A stretch of DNA of 64,000 nt, taken from contig OY969556.1 of the NCBI GenBank assembly GCA_963701015.1, positions 4,025,509-4,089,508 of the forward strand. Reading direction: 5' to 3'. Below the pieces are notes generated by a model that made no database searches, was not told the origin of the DNA, and saw only the letters and a list, made by a program, of their open reading frames with translations. This DNA comes from an uncultured Bacteroidota bacterium. GTDB lineage: Bacteria > Bacteroidota > Bacteroidia > Bacteroidales > DTGW01. The stretch's first letter is position 1, and each line of letters opens with the position of its first letter. The translations under genes were made by a program, and so were the position numbers. Below are positions 55,930 to 64,000 of the stretch, piece by piece.

Positions 55930-58900
55930 ATGAAAATTCTTAAAATCCTAAAAATTACTTGCTTCATTGTAGTTTTGACAATTTCACAATTTACAATTGC
56001 TCAGGAAGGAAGTCCATTTCAAACAAATTTTATTCCAGACGATGAATCATTAACTGAGAATTATAGCATTTGTAACGATAAAGACGGTGTACTAATTATC
56101 GCTAATCGAAAGGGAATATTGACCTTCGATGCCGAAGATTGGAAACTAATTCAAACGCCAGAATTGCCTATTGTGGTTTCATTTGACCCAAAAAGCCAGA
56201 TTGTTTTTGTAGGTTGTAGAAATAGTTTAGGCTATTTGAATAAAAATTATTTTGGCGATTATGAATATATAAAACTTTCAGATAATCAGGTAGGAGCTGT
56301 TGTTCAAATTGCCTATGCAGGAAATTATGTTTATTTTATGAGTTCTACTTATATAACTCGTATAAATACACAAAATTTTAAAGATATTTTGCAATGGAAA
56401 TCTGCCGAAAAAACACCTTTACAAACTTTAATTCCACTTAAAGATAAAGTATTGGTTGATGTTGCTGGGATAGGTCTGGAATCAACCGATGATAAAGTTT
56501 TGAAACCATTTTTAAAAGACTTTTCTTTATCAGGAAAGGTACTGTTTGCTTTAAATTACGATGAAAGTTCAGTTTTATTAGGAGCTACCGATAACAAATG
56601 TTATTTATTTAATGGGGTAACAGTAAAACCTTTTATTCTACAAGATCAACAATATATTTCGGATGGGTCAATTGTTGATGCTAAAAATTTAGATAATGAT
56701 AAAATTGTTATTTCAACCGTAGGTGCAGGTTGTTTGGTTTTTGATAAAAAGACCGGGAAAACAGTATTTACAGCAAATTACCAGACCGGATTACCTGATG
56801 ATGAAATTTTTGCTTTGGCAACTGATAAAAATCATGGTGTATGGCTTGCACATTCTTATGGACTTACAAGAATTGATGCAGGTATTCCTGTTAAAAACTT
56901 TTCGTATTATAAAGGGCTTTCAGGTAACCTTCAATCAATTGAATTTTTAAATGGAAAGCTTTTTATAGGCTCTAGCAATGGCGTATATTATCTCGATAAA
57001 AAAAAGGATTACGTTGAATATACTGTAAAAGAAGCACAAAAAACTGAAACTTCTGCTTTGCCTGCTAAAAAGACTGAACAAACTGATGTATCAAAAGAAG
57101 CGTCAAAATCTGAACAAGTTCAGCCAAAAGAACAAAAGCGTGGTTTTTTCGGAAGATTATTTTCACGAAAATCGAAAAATGATGAAACAGTTGCAAAAGA
57201 AGAAGAAAAATCAACTGGTTCAGAAGAGGAAGCAGCGCCTAAAACTTCAATCTGGAATATATTGGGCGTAAATAAAGCAAAAGAGTCGCAAACGGAACGG
57301 CAGGACTTACAACATAAAGTATATAAAATATCATCTATTACCCATGTTTATAATAAAGTTCCTAATTTCGAACATAAGTGCAAGCAATTGTTGTTGTTTA
57401 ATGGCAAACTCATTGCAGTTAGTGTTGCAGGAATTTATGAAATAAATGAATTAAAAGCTACTCTTATATTACCTAATGTTGAGGTTAATTATATTTATGC
57501 TGAGCCGCAGACGAATACATTGTATTTATGTACAAAAACTGGAGTTTTAAAAGAAACGATTAATAAAGGTAAATGGGACGAAACAGAATTTCCTGGTCTT
57601 AAGAAGGAACCTGTATATTCATTTGCAAGGGATATTTTCGATAATTATTGGATAGGGGCAGAAAGTAAAACCTATAGAATTAAATTGAAAAAAGATGGAA
57701 GCCTGAAGGAATCTAAAACTTTTATATTTAATGTTGATTCACGCGAAAGGGTTATAGTTAGGATAATAAATAAAAAACCTGCATTCTTCCTTTCCTCTGG
57801 CATTTACTCAATATTCAATGATTCAGTTCAAATGAACCTGCCTCTATCGCATTACGTTGGAACTAATACTAAATATTTCTTTCCGCAGCAAGACAATACT
57901 TTCATTCGTAACGGGCAGGATTGGATTAGTTTATCAGCATCAAATGGAATTGATTCTGTAGTGCCTACATATTTGAATTTATTTGATAAAATAAATACTA
58001 TCTATAAAGATAATACTTCGAATTTATGGTTAATTAACGATAATTCAACAATTTATAAAGTTGACCAAAAGGGAATTGAACATTATTCAAGTGATTTTAA
58101 TGCATTTATTAAACATTTTTCAGGAGCATCCAATGTCCCTTTTTCATTATATGGTGTAGAGCTTGACAAAAAGAACCATCAGGTAAAAATTTATATCAGT
58201 GCACCGTTTTATGTAAGGCCTAATTCAAATCAATTTCAATATAAAATTGGCGATCAGGAATGGTCAGAATGGAGTTCTCAACCATATTTCGGCATATATT
58301 TGGCTAATTCAGGTAAATACGAAATTCATGTTAGGGCAAAAAATATATTTGGAAAAATTAGCGAAGAAAAAATATTACGATTCTCAATTAAAAAGCCATT
58401 TTACGAAACCGTTTGGTTTTATTTACTCTGTGTAATAGCATTGGTTTATTTAATTTATTTGTTCATTAAATTCAGAGAAAGGAATTTATTACACGAAAAA
58501 GAAGTGCTGGAACAAAAAGTTAAAGAACGAACCAAGCAAATTGAAGAACAAAAAGAAGAAATTGAAGCCCAGCGCGATAATTTGGCTGAAAAGAATGAAC
58601 AAATATTAATTCAAAAAGAGGCTATTATAATTCAGAGTGATAAAATTGCTTTGCAGAATCGTGAAATAAAGGATAGTATCCGATATGCCAAACGCCTTCA
58701 AACAGCTGTTTTACCTGATAATGATATTATAAGCAGTTTATTATCGGACTATTTTGTGCTTTTTAAACCAAAGGATATTGTGTCTGGTGATTTTTACTGG
58801 GTTAAATCTAAAAACGATAAAGTAATTGCAGTTGCCGCTGATTGCACAGGTCATGGCGTTCCCGGTGGATTCCTGAGTATGTTAGGAGTTTCGTTGTTAA

Positions 58901-59418
58901 ACGAAATTTCAGCAATAGATAAAGATTTTAAAGCTAATGAAATTTTGAACCTGCTTAGGGTTAGATTAAAAAGTACTTTAATTAAGGAAGGTCATGACCA
59001 AAATGAAACCAAAGATGGGATGGATATTGCACTGGTAATTATTGATAAAAAGCAAATGAAGGTTCAATATGCGGGAGCTAACAATCCATTATACCTTATA
59101 AGAAATAAAGAAATTATTGAATATAATGCTGATAAAATGCCTGTTGGATCATTTATTGCTGAAAAAGAATCGTTTACCAATAATGAAATTGACATTCAAC
59201 ATGGCGACCAATTGTTTATGTTTTCCGATGGATTCAGGGACCAGCTTGGTGGACCGAATGAAAAACGTATAAAATCGCCAGGGCTAAGAAATTTATTATT
59301 GGAGGTCAATGAAAATCCTATGAGGAAGCAAAAAGAGCTTATTGATAAATTTTTTGAAGATTGGCAAGGTGATTATGAGCAAGTTGATGATATTTTGATT
59401 TTTGGAATAAAAATATAA
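55930..59418 (+). CDS. two-component-regulator-propeller/Y_Y_Y domain protein fused to a SpoIIE/PP2C phosphatase
   Basis: Signal peptide, a large beta-propeller-like region, one TM segment, a coiled coil, and a C-terminal PP2C domain paralogous to that of 46808-48940. Confidence 0.75.
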   Translation: MKILKILKITCFIVVLTISQFTIAQEGSPFQTNFIPDDESLTENYSICNDKDGVLIIANRKGILTFDAEDWKLIQTPELPIVVSFDPKSQIVFVGCRNSLGYLNKNYFGDYEYIKLSDNQVGAVVQIAYAGNYVYFMSSTYITRINTQNFKDILQWKSAEKTPLQTLIPLKDKVLVDVAGIGLESTDDKVLKPFLKDFSLSGKVLFALNYDESSVLLGATDNKCYLFNGVTVKPFILQDQQYISDGSIVDAKNLDNDKIVISTVGAGCLVFDKKTGKTVFTANYQTGLPDDEIFALATDKNHGVWLAHSYGLTRIDAGIPVKNFSYYKGLSGNLQSIEFLNGKLFIGSSNGVYYLDKKKDYVEYTVKEAQKTETSALPAKKTEQTDVSKEASKSEQVQPKEQKRGFFGRLFSRKSKNDETVAKEEEKSTGSEEEAAPKTSIWNILGVNKAKESQTERQDLQHKVYKISSITHVYNKVPNFEHKCKQLLLFNGKLIAVSVAGIYEINELKATLILPNVEVNYIYAEPQTNTLYLCTKTGVLKETINKGKWDETEFPGLKKEPVYSFARDIFDNYWIGAESKTYRIKLKKDGSLKESKTFIFNVDSRERVIVRIINKKPAFFLSSGIYSIFNDSVQMNLPLSHYVGTNTKYFFPQQDNTFIRNGQDWISLSASNGIDSVVPTYLNLFDKINTIYKDNTSNLWLINDNSTIYKVDQKGIEHYSSDFNAFIKHFSGASNVPFSLYGVELDKKNHQVKIYISAPFYVRPNSNQFQYKIGDQEWSEWSSQPYFGIYLANSGKYEIHVRAKNIFGKISEEKILRFSIKKPFYETVWFYLLCVIALVYLIYLFIKFRERNLLHEKEVLEQKVKERTKQIEEQKEEIEAQRDNLAEKNEQILIQKEAIIIQSDKIALQNREIKDSIRYAKRLQTAVLPDNDIISSLLSDYFVLFKPKDIVSGDFYWVKSKNDKVIAVAADCTGHGVPGGFLSMLGVSLLNEISAIDKDFKANEILNLLRVRLKSTLIKEGHDQNETKDGMDIALVIIDKKQMKVQYAGANNPLYLIRNKEIIEYNADKMPVGSFIAEKESFTNNEIDIQHGDQLFMFSDGFRDQLGGPNEKRIKSPGLRNLLLEVNENPMRKQKELIDKFFEDWQGDYEQVDDILIFGIKI

Positions 59419-59420
59419 CG

Positions 59421-59810
59421 TTATTGATATTTTTCAAAAGCTTGTTCAATATTATTAAATAAAATGTCTGGATTAATTGGCTTAGCTATAAAAAAGTCAC
59501 AACCGGCATCCATGCTTTTTTTAATATACGAGTCAAATGAATATGCCGATTGGATGATGATTGGCATGTTTTTTTTTACTTTCTTAATTATTCGTGTTGC
59601 TTGCCATCCGTTCATGTCAGGCAGTTGAATGTCCATTAAAATAAGATCAATAGATTTATTTTCATGAACTGCATAAATAGCATCGGAAACATTAACAACA
59701 TGAAGTGTTTTAGCATTAGTATCTTCAAATAAGTCTATCAGAAACCGGGCGCTCATTTCATCATCTTCAACTATCAGGATAGTCTTATTGCTAAAATCAG
59801 GGTTATTCAT
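59421..59810 (-). CDS. stand-alone response-regulator receiver protein
   Basis: ILIVEDDE...LILMDIQLPDMNG...AKP motifs. Confidence 0.85.
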   Translation of the reverse strand: MNNPDFSNKTILIVEDDEMSARFLIDLFEDTNAKTLHVVNVSDAIYAVHENKSIDLILMDIQLPDMNGWQATRIIKKVKKNMPIIIQSAYSFDSYIKKSMDAGCDFFIAKPINPDILFNNIEQAFEKYQ

Positions 59811-60017
59811 TCAAAATTTGATTCAGTATTCTAGGGTTTTATCTAATAAAGACTTCAAATATAAAAATTATTATTAAATTTATAAGAGGTCTGATTTTAC
59901 AATATTATCTAACTTACATTGATATTCATATTTATTTCTATCATTTAACTTTATATTGTGCATAAATTTTCATAATTTTAAAATAGAAATTATTGAAATA
60001 ACTAACATTAAATAATA

Positions 60018-60413
60018 ATGAAATATAATTCAGGGCTTTATTTAAAAGGGAAAACAATATTAATTGTTGAAGACGATTATGTCTGCTCCCAGTTAATCAG
60101 GGAGCTTTTGGCTGACACTGAAGCTACAATTATACATGCATTAACTGCTGCCAAAGCTGTTGAAACAGTTGCAAAAAATACGCACATCGATTTAATTTTG
60201 ATGGATATTCAACTGCCTGACATGACCGGTTTACAGGCTGCACAAAGTATAAAAAATATAAACAAAAGTATTCCAATTGTGGTTCAAACTGCTTATGCTT
60301 TTGAATCGTACATGAAAAAAAGCAGGGAAATAGGTTGTGATGGATTTATTGTAAAACCTATTGATGCTCAAAAACTATATGAAGCAGTAAAAAAACATTT
60401 AGGAAAAAAATAA
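60018..60413 (+). CDS. stand-alone response-regulator receiver protein (paralog of 59421-59810)
   Basis: ILIVEDDY...LILMDIQLPDMTG...VKP. Divergently transcribed from its paralog. Confidence 0.85.
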   Translation: MKYNSGLYLKGKTILIVEDDYVCSQLIRELLADTEATIIHALTAAKAVETVAKNTHIDLILMDIQLPDMTGLQAAQSIKNINKSIPIVVQTAYAFESYMKKSREIGCDGFIVKPIDAQKLYEAVKKHLGKK

Positions 60414-60455
60414 AAGTTCCCGAAATTTATTTTATCAATAATAAATATTTCAATT

Positions 60456-60971
60456 TTATTTTGAAACGTAACAATTAATAATTTCACCAATATAGATATG
60501 ATGATAATCTTTCCCAGGATACAACCTGTGAATCAATTCTTTATTATGAAAATTTTCTGGTTTAAATACATCTGAATAAATTTTATGACAATCTATCACA
60601 AGCCTGGATTGTTCAAAACTTATACCACCATCTTTAGTAAATATAGGAATTAGCCCGGTCTCTTTAATCTTATCAACTTTTTTACCGGAATTTTGACCGC
60701 AATAGTTTAAAATATGTTTGAACTCCTCATTAAAAAAAGATACTGTAAAACTTGTTGCTTCTTCAATAAACTTAAGTGTATGCCGGTGAGGACGAATATA
60801 AATAATGGCAACTGGTTTGTTCCAAAGAATTCCAAATGAACCCCAACTAACTGTCATAGTGTTAAATGAATCTTTTTTCCCGGCAGTTATTAATGCCCAC
60901 TCATCATCTAATATCTTAAATACATTCTCATTCAGGCCTTTGACATCAATTTCTTTGAATTTTTCTATCAT
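60456..60971 (-). CDS. flavin reductase-like (FMN-binding split barrel) protein
   Basis: FKILDDEWALITAGK...FNTMTVSWG motif. An internal ATG is preferred as the start. Confidence 0.65.
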   Translation of the reverse strand: MIEKFKEIDVKGLNENVFKILDDEWALITAGKKDSFNTMTVSWGSFGILWNKPVAIIYIRPHRHTLKFIEEATSFTVSFFNEEFKHILNYCGQNSGKKVDKIKETGLIPIFTKDGGISFEQSRLVIDCHKIYSDVFKPENFHNKELIHRLYPGKDYHHIYIGEIINCYVSK

Positions 60972-61146
60972 AATATTCATTAAAAAACAAAATCTAAGGT
61001 AATTCAATTTGATTAATGTTTGAAAAAAAATCAGACGATTTTACCCATTTTTATTGAATATTATTGAATATTATTGAATGAATTGTATTTACGGTTAAAT
61101 TTATTTTTACTATATTTATTTTAAATCTGAAAATTCTAAAATTTAT

Positions 61147-61866
61147 ATGCTGGAGACAATTAAACCCGAAAAAATATTATTTCTTGATATTGAAACTGTT
61201 CCATTTCTGCCTTCATTTAATGAACTTTCAAATGATATTAAGGAATTTTGGGATAAAAAATCACAACATTTCAGAAAGGAAACTCAATCGGCTGAAGATG
61301 TTTATAATAGGGCTGGAATTTATGCCGAGTTTGGCAAAATAATTTGTATTTCATTTGGTATAATTCATTCTAAAAATAATATACGAATGCTTAGGCTTAA
61401 ATCAATTTGCATGGACGATGAATTCAAATTATTAAGTGAGTTTTCTTCATTGTTGATCAAAATGAATTCTGGCAAGGATTTAATTTTATGTGGACATAAT
61501 GGCAAAGAATTCGATTTCCCTTATTTATCACGACGAATGCTTATAAGTAATATTAAATTGCCATCCATTCTGGATATTGCTGGTAAAAAACCATGGGAAA
61601 CCCAATTTTTAGACACAATGGAAATGTGGAAATTTGGCGATTATAAGAATTATACTTCTTTAAATTTATTATCGTATTTGTTCAATATTCCTTCACCAAA
61701 AACAGATATTGATGGAAGTCAGGTTGCATCGGTCTATTGGAATGACCACGATTTGTCAAGGATTTCCAGATATTGTCAAAATGATGTTTTGGCCGTTGTT
61801 CAATTATTTTTAAAGTTTAAAGGTGAACCCATAATTTCAGATGAAAATATTGAGTTTGTTAGTTAA
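61147..61866 (+). CDS. RNase H-like 3'-5' exonuclease domain protein
   Basis: ILFLDIETVP and GHNGKEFDFPYL motifs (DEDD-type exonuclease I/II). Confidence 0.65.
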   Translation: MLETIKPEKILFLDIETVPFLPSFNELSNDIKEFWDKKSQHFRKETQSAEDVYNRAGIYAEFGKIICISFGIIHSKNNIRMLRLKSICMDDEFKLLSEFSSLLIKMNSGKDLILCGHNGKEFDFPYLSRRMLISNIKLPSILDIAGKKPWETQFLDTMEMWKFGDYKNYTSLNLLSYLFNIPSPKTDIDGSQVASVYWNDHDLSRISRYCQNDVLAVVQLFLKFKGEPIISDENIEFVS

Positions 61867-61979
61867 TATTATTGGAATATATTTCTAATTTATCAATTTA
61901 TAAAAGTTATTTTTCGTAAATTTAATCTACAAATAAGCTTAAATCGGCTTATTTAATTGCACATTTTACATTATATAGG

Positions 61980-63659
61980 ATGAAATGGTTAAATTATATT
62001 TTAGGAAATCAATTAAATCTAACACTTGAAAAGAGATTACTAATTATAATAAGCTTATCAGGAGCATTATTGTCATTTATAGCTATAATTATAAATTTCT
62101 TTTTAGTACTTGGTTTTTGGATTCAAGTTGTTGTTATTTCTGGTATAATTCTTTTGGGGAGCTTATATTATTTATTACGGTTTCAGAAATATCATGAAAT
62201 ATATAAATGGTTTGCAACATTTATTGGTTTCGTTTATATTGATTTTCTGTGGTTTGTGAATAATGGCTCATTTGGGCCAATTCCGTATTTGTTTGTCATT
62301 GTATTTATATCTTTTATATTTATTTGGAGAGGTTGGAAACTGGCAGTAATTATGTTATTTTTTGCCTTAAATTTTTATAGTTTGTTTTATATTGAATATC
62401 ATTATCCAAATATTATTGTTCCATATGCAAATTTAGAGACCAGATTTCTTGATTTTTATTTAGGATTTACTCTTTATTTGGGCATGATTTTAGCCTTGGT
62501 TATGTTTGCCCGAAATGTTTATGTAAAAGAAAAGGAATTGGCGGAAAATGCCGATAGGTTGAAATCGGCTTTTTTAGAAAATATGAGCCATGAAATTCGA
62601 ACGCCAATGAATGCAATTATGGGATTCGCTGGATTATTAAGAAGAAAAAATTTGGACGAAAAACGACGTGAAAATTATATAGAGATAATTAATAATAGTG
62701 GCACTTATTTGCTTCAATTAATAAACGATATAATTGATTACTCTAAAATTGAAGCTAATGTAGTTGAACTTAATATTAAAAATACTGATATACATATATT
62801 GTTGAATGAATTGAAATTGACTGTTGATCAATTGTTGCAAAAATATGAAAAGTCAAATATTTTATTTTCATATTCGATATTAAAACCTGATTTTGAGCTA
62901 TTTACAGATGCAAACAGGTTAAGACAAATATTATATAATTTAATTGTAAATGCTATAAAATTTACCGAAACCGGAACTATCAAACTAAATTGTATAATTG
63001 AAAAGGAAAGGGTTTTATTTTCAGTTAAAGATACCGGAATAGGGATCGAAGCTAGTTATAAAGATAAAATATTTGAACGCTTTGTTAAAGTAGATAAACA
63101 TTCAAATAATAAATTATATCGTGGTACAGGATTAGGTTTATCAATTTCAAAATACCTTGTTGAAAAACTTGGTGGAGAAATATGGGTAGATTCAACAATC
63201 GGGGAAGGTTCTGAATTTTGTTTTTTTATTCCTGTTATTGCAGTTGATTCAAACATTTCAGACATGAATTTAAAATCTTATGCTTACAATAAAATAAATT
63301 TTGATTCTAAAAGAATACTAATTGTTGAAGATGAAGAACAAAATATATCACTTTTATATGAATATCTTGAACCGACTAATATAAATTTATCTTTTGTAAA
63401 AACTGGTGCTGAAGTACTGGAAATTGTTAAAAAATATTCATTTGATATAATTTTAATGGATATTAAATTGCCCGATATTTCTGGTGCTGAGGTATTAAAA
63501 CAAATTAGAGAATTAAATTACAAAAAACCAATAATTGCACAGACAGCTTTTGCCTTAATTGGTGACAGTGAGAAATTTATTAAAATCGGATTTACAGATT
63601 GTATTTCAAAACCATACGGCGAAGAACAGCTTCTGGAATTACTAAAAAAATATTTATAA
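61980..63659 (+). CDS. hybrid sensor histidine kinase/response regulator with an N-terminal multi-TM sensor
   Basis: About 6 TM helices, HisKA (FLENMSHEIRTP), HATPase_c (GTGLGLSI) and a C-terminal receiver (ILIVEDEE...MDIKLPDISG). Confidence 0.8.
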   Translation: MKWLNYILGNQLNLTLEKRLLIIISLSGALLSFIAIIINFFLVLGFWIQVVVISGIILLGSLYYLLRFQKYHEIYKWFATFIGFVYIDFLWFVNNGSFGPIPYLFVIVFISFIFIWRGWKLAVIMLFFALNFYSLFYIEYHYPNIIVPYANLETRFLDFYLGFTLYLGMILALVMFARNVYVKEKELAENADRLKSAFLENMSHEIRTPMNAIMGFAGLLRRKNLDEKRRENYIEIINNSGTYLLQLINDIIDYSKIEANVVELNIKNTDIHILLNELKLTVDQLLQKYEKSNILFSYSILKPDFELFTDANRLRQILYNLIVNAIKFTETGTIKLNCIIEKERVLFSVKDTGIGIEASYKDKIFERFVKVDKHSNNKLYRGTGLGLSISKYLVEKLGGEIWVDSTIGEGSEFCFFIPVIAVDSNISDMNLKSYAYNKINFDSKRILIVEDEEQNISLLYEYLEPTNINLSFVKTGAEVLEIVKKYSFDIILMDIKLPDISGAEVLKQIRELNYKKPIIAQTAFALIGDSEKFIKIGFTDCISKPYGEEQLLELLKKYL

Positions 63660-63672
63660 TAAAGGTGTGCTT

Positions 63673-63984
63673 TTAAAATAGCGACGGCATTGCCATCTGA
63701 AATGGCACATTAATTCTGTTTAACTCGTTCTTTCGATAAACATAAACCAACCCATATTCAATGCATTTTTCACGGCGCAAGTCTTCTGGTAAATTTTTGT
63801 AAGTCAATTCAATTTCATCCCATAAATTTGCTACAACATCATCTGCAGTTTTACGCAGTTCAGTTAACTCATGAATATAACGCGAAGTGCTTTTCTGCAT
63901 TGTTTTATGCGCATGATAGGCATCTTTAAATTGTTCAAAACGAACTTTAACTAAAGCAATTGATGGATTGGTTATAGGGCTCAT
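63673..63984 (-). CDS. hypothetical protein
   Basis: 103-aa ORF with normal composition. I recognise no family. Confidence 0.35.
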   Translation of the reverse strand: MSPITNPSIALVKVRFEQFKDAYHAHKTMQKSTSRYIHELTELRKTADDVVANLWDEIELTYKNLPEDLRREKCIEYGLVYVYRKNELNRINVPFQMAMPSLF

Positions 63985-64000
63985 TCCTTTTTTTAATCGT

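Overview
The window is AT-rich (roughly 30-35% GC by eye) and looks like a Bacteroidota chromosome segment. Support for that: a T9SS C-terminal sorting domain, a UpxY-type NusG-like antiterminator, TAnnTTTG promoter-type boxes and SpoIIE/Y_Y_Y signalling proteins. I saw no rRNA, tRNA or CRISPR array.

Layout:
(1) 1-30.5 kb is a minus-strand, UpxY-headed surface-glycan locus that uses the ABC-transporter (Wzm/Wzt) pathway. It carries about 10 glycosyltransferases, 2 FkbM methyltransferases and 3 acyl/acetyltransferases.
(2) That locus is invaded at 5.1-10.1 kb, 20.1-26.9 kb and 27.8-29.8 kb. The inserted material includes small toxin-antitoxin or defence-like genes: MNT nucleotidyltransferase, two DUF4160/DUF2442 pairs, an AbiEii-like pair, two AAA ATPases and a Schlafen/AlbA_2 regulator. 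There are also gene relics and an unusually dense, modular set of non-coding repeats.
(3) 30.6-64 kb is ordinary core genome: a T9SS FG-GAP giant protein, lptB, tatC, recQ (frameshifted), hflX, pepF, nnr, metF, and PP2C/histidine-kinase/response-regulator signalling genes.

The most unusual signal is a composite module of about 0.4-0.65 kb found five times, each time immediately 5' of a minus-strand transcription unit between wzt and the ATPase gene. Each copy has an A/T heptamer leader with a conserved TAATTTTG box, then a 200-285 bp purine-rich 7-bp minisatellite, then a conserved GC-hairpin block. Related observations:
- a REP-like palindromic unit inserted in frame inside wzt
- a 26-32 bp mini-insertion with filled and empty paralogous sites
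- a Y1 (RAYT/IS200-like) transposase relic
- two MITE copies
- duplicated 5' gene ends that mark repeated accretion events

All calls come from reading the sequence and the ORF translations. No database search was run, and repeat coordinates are good to about +/-3 bp.
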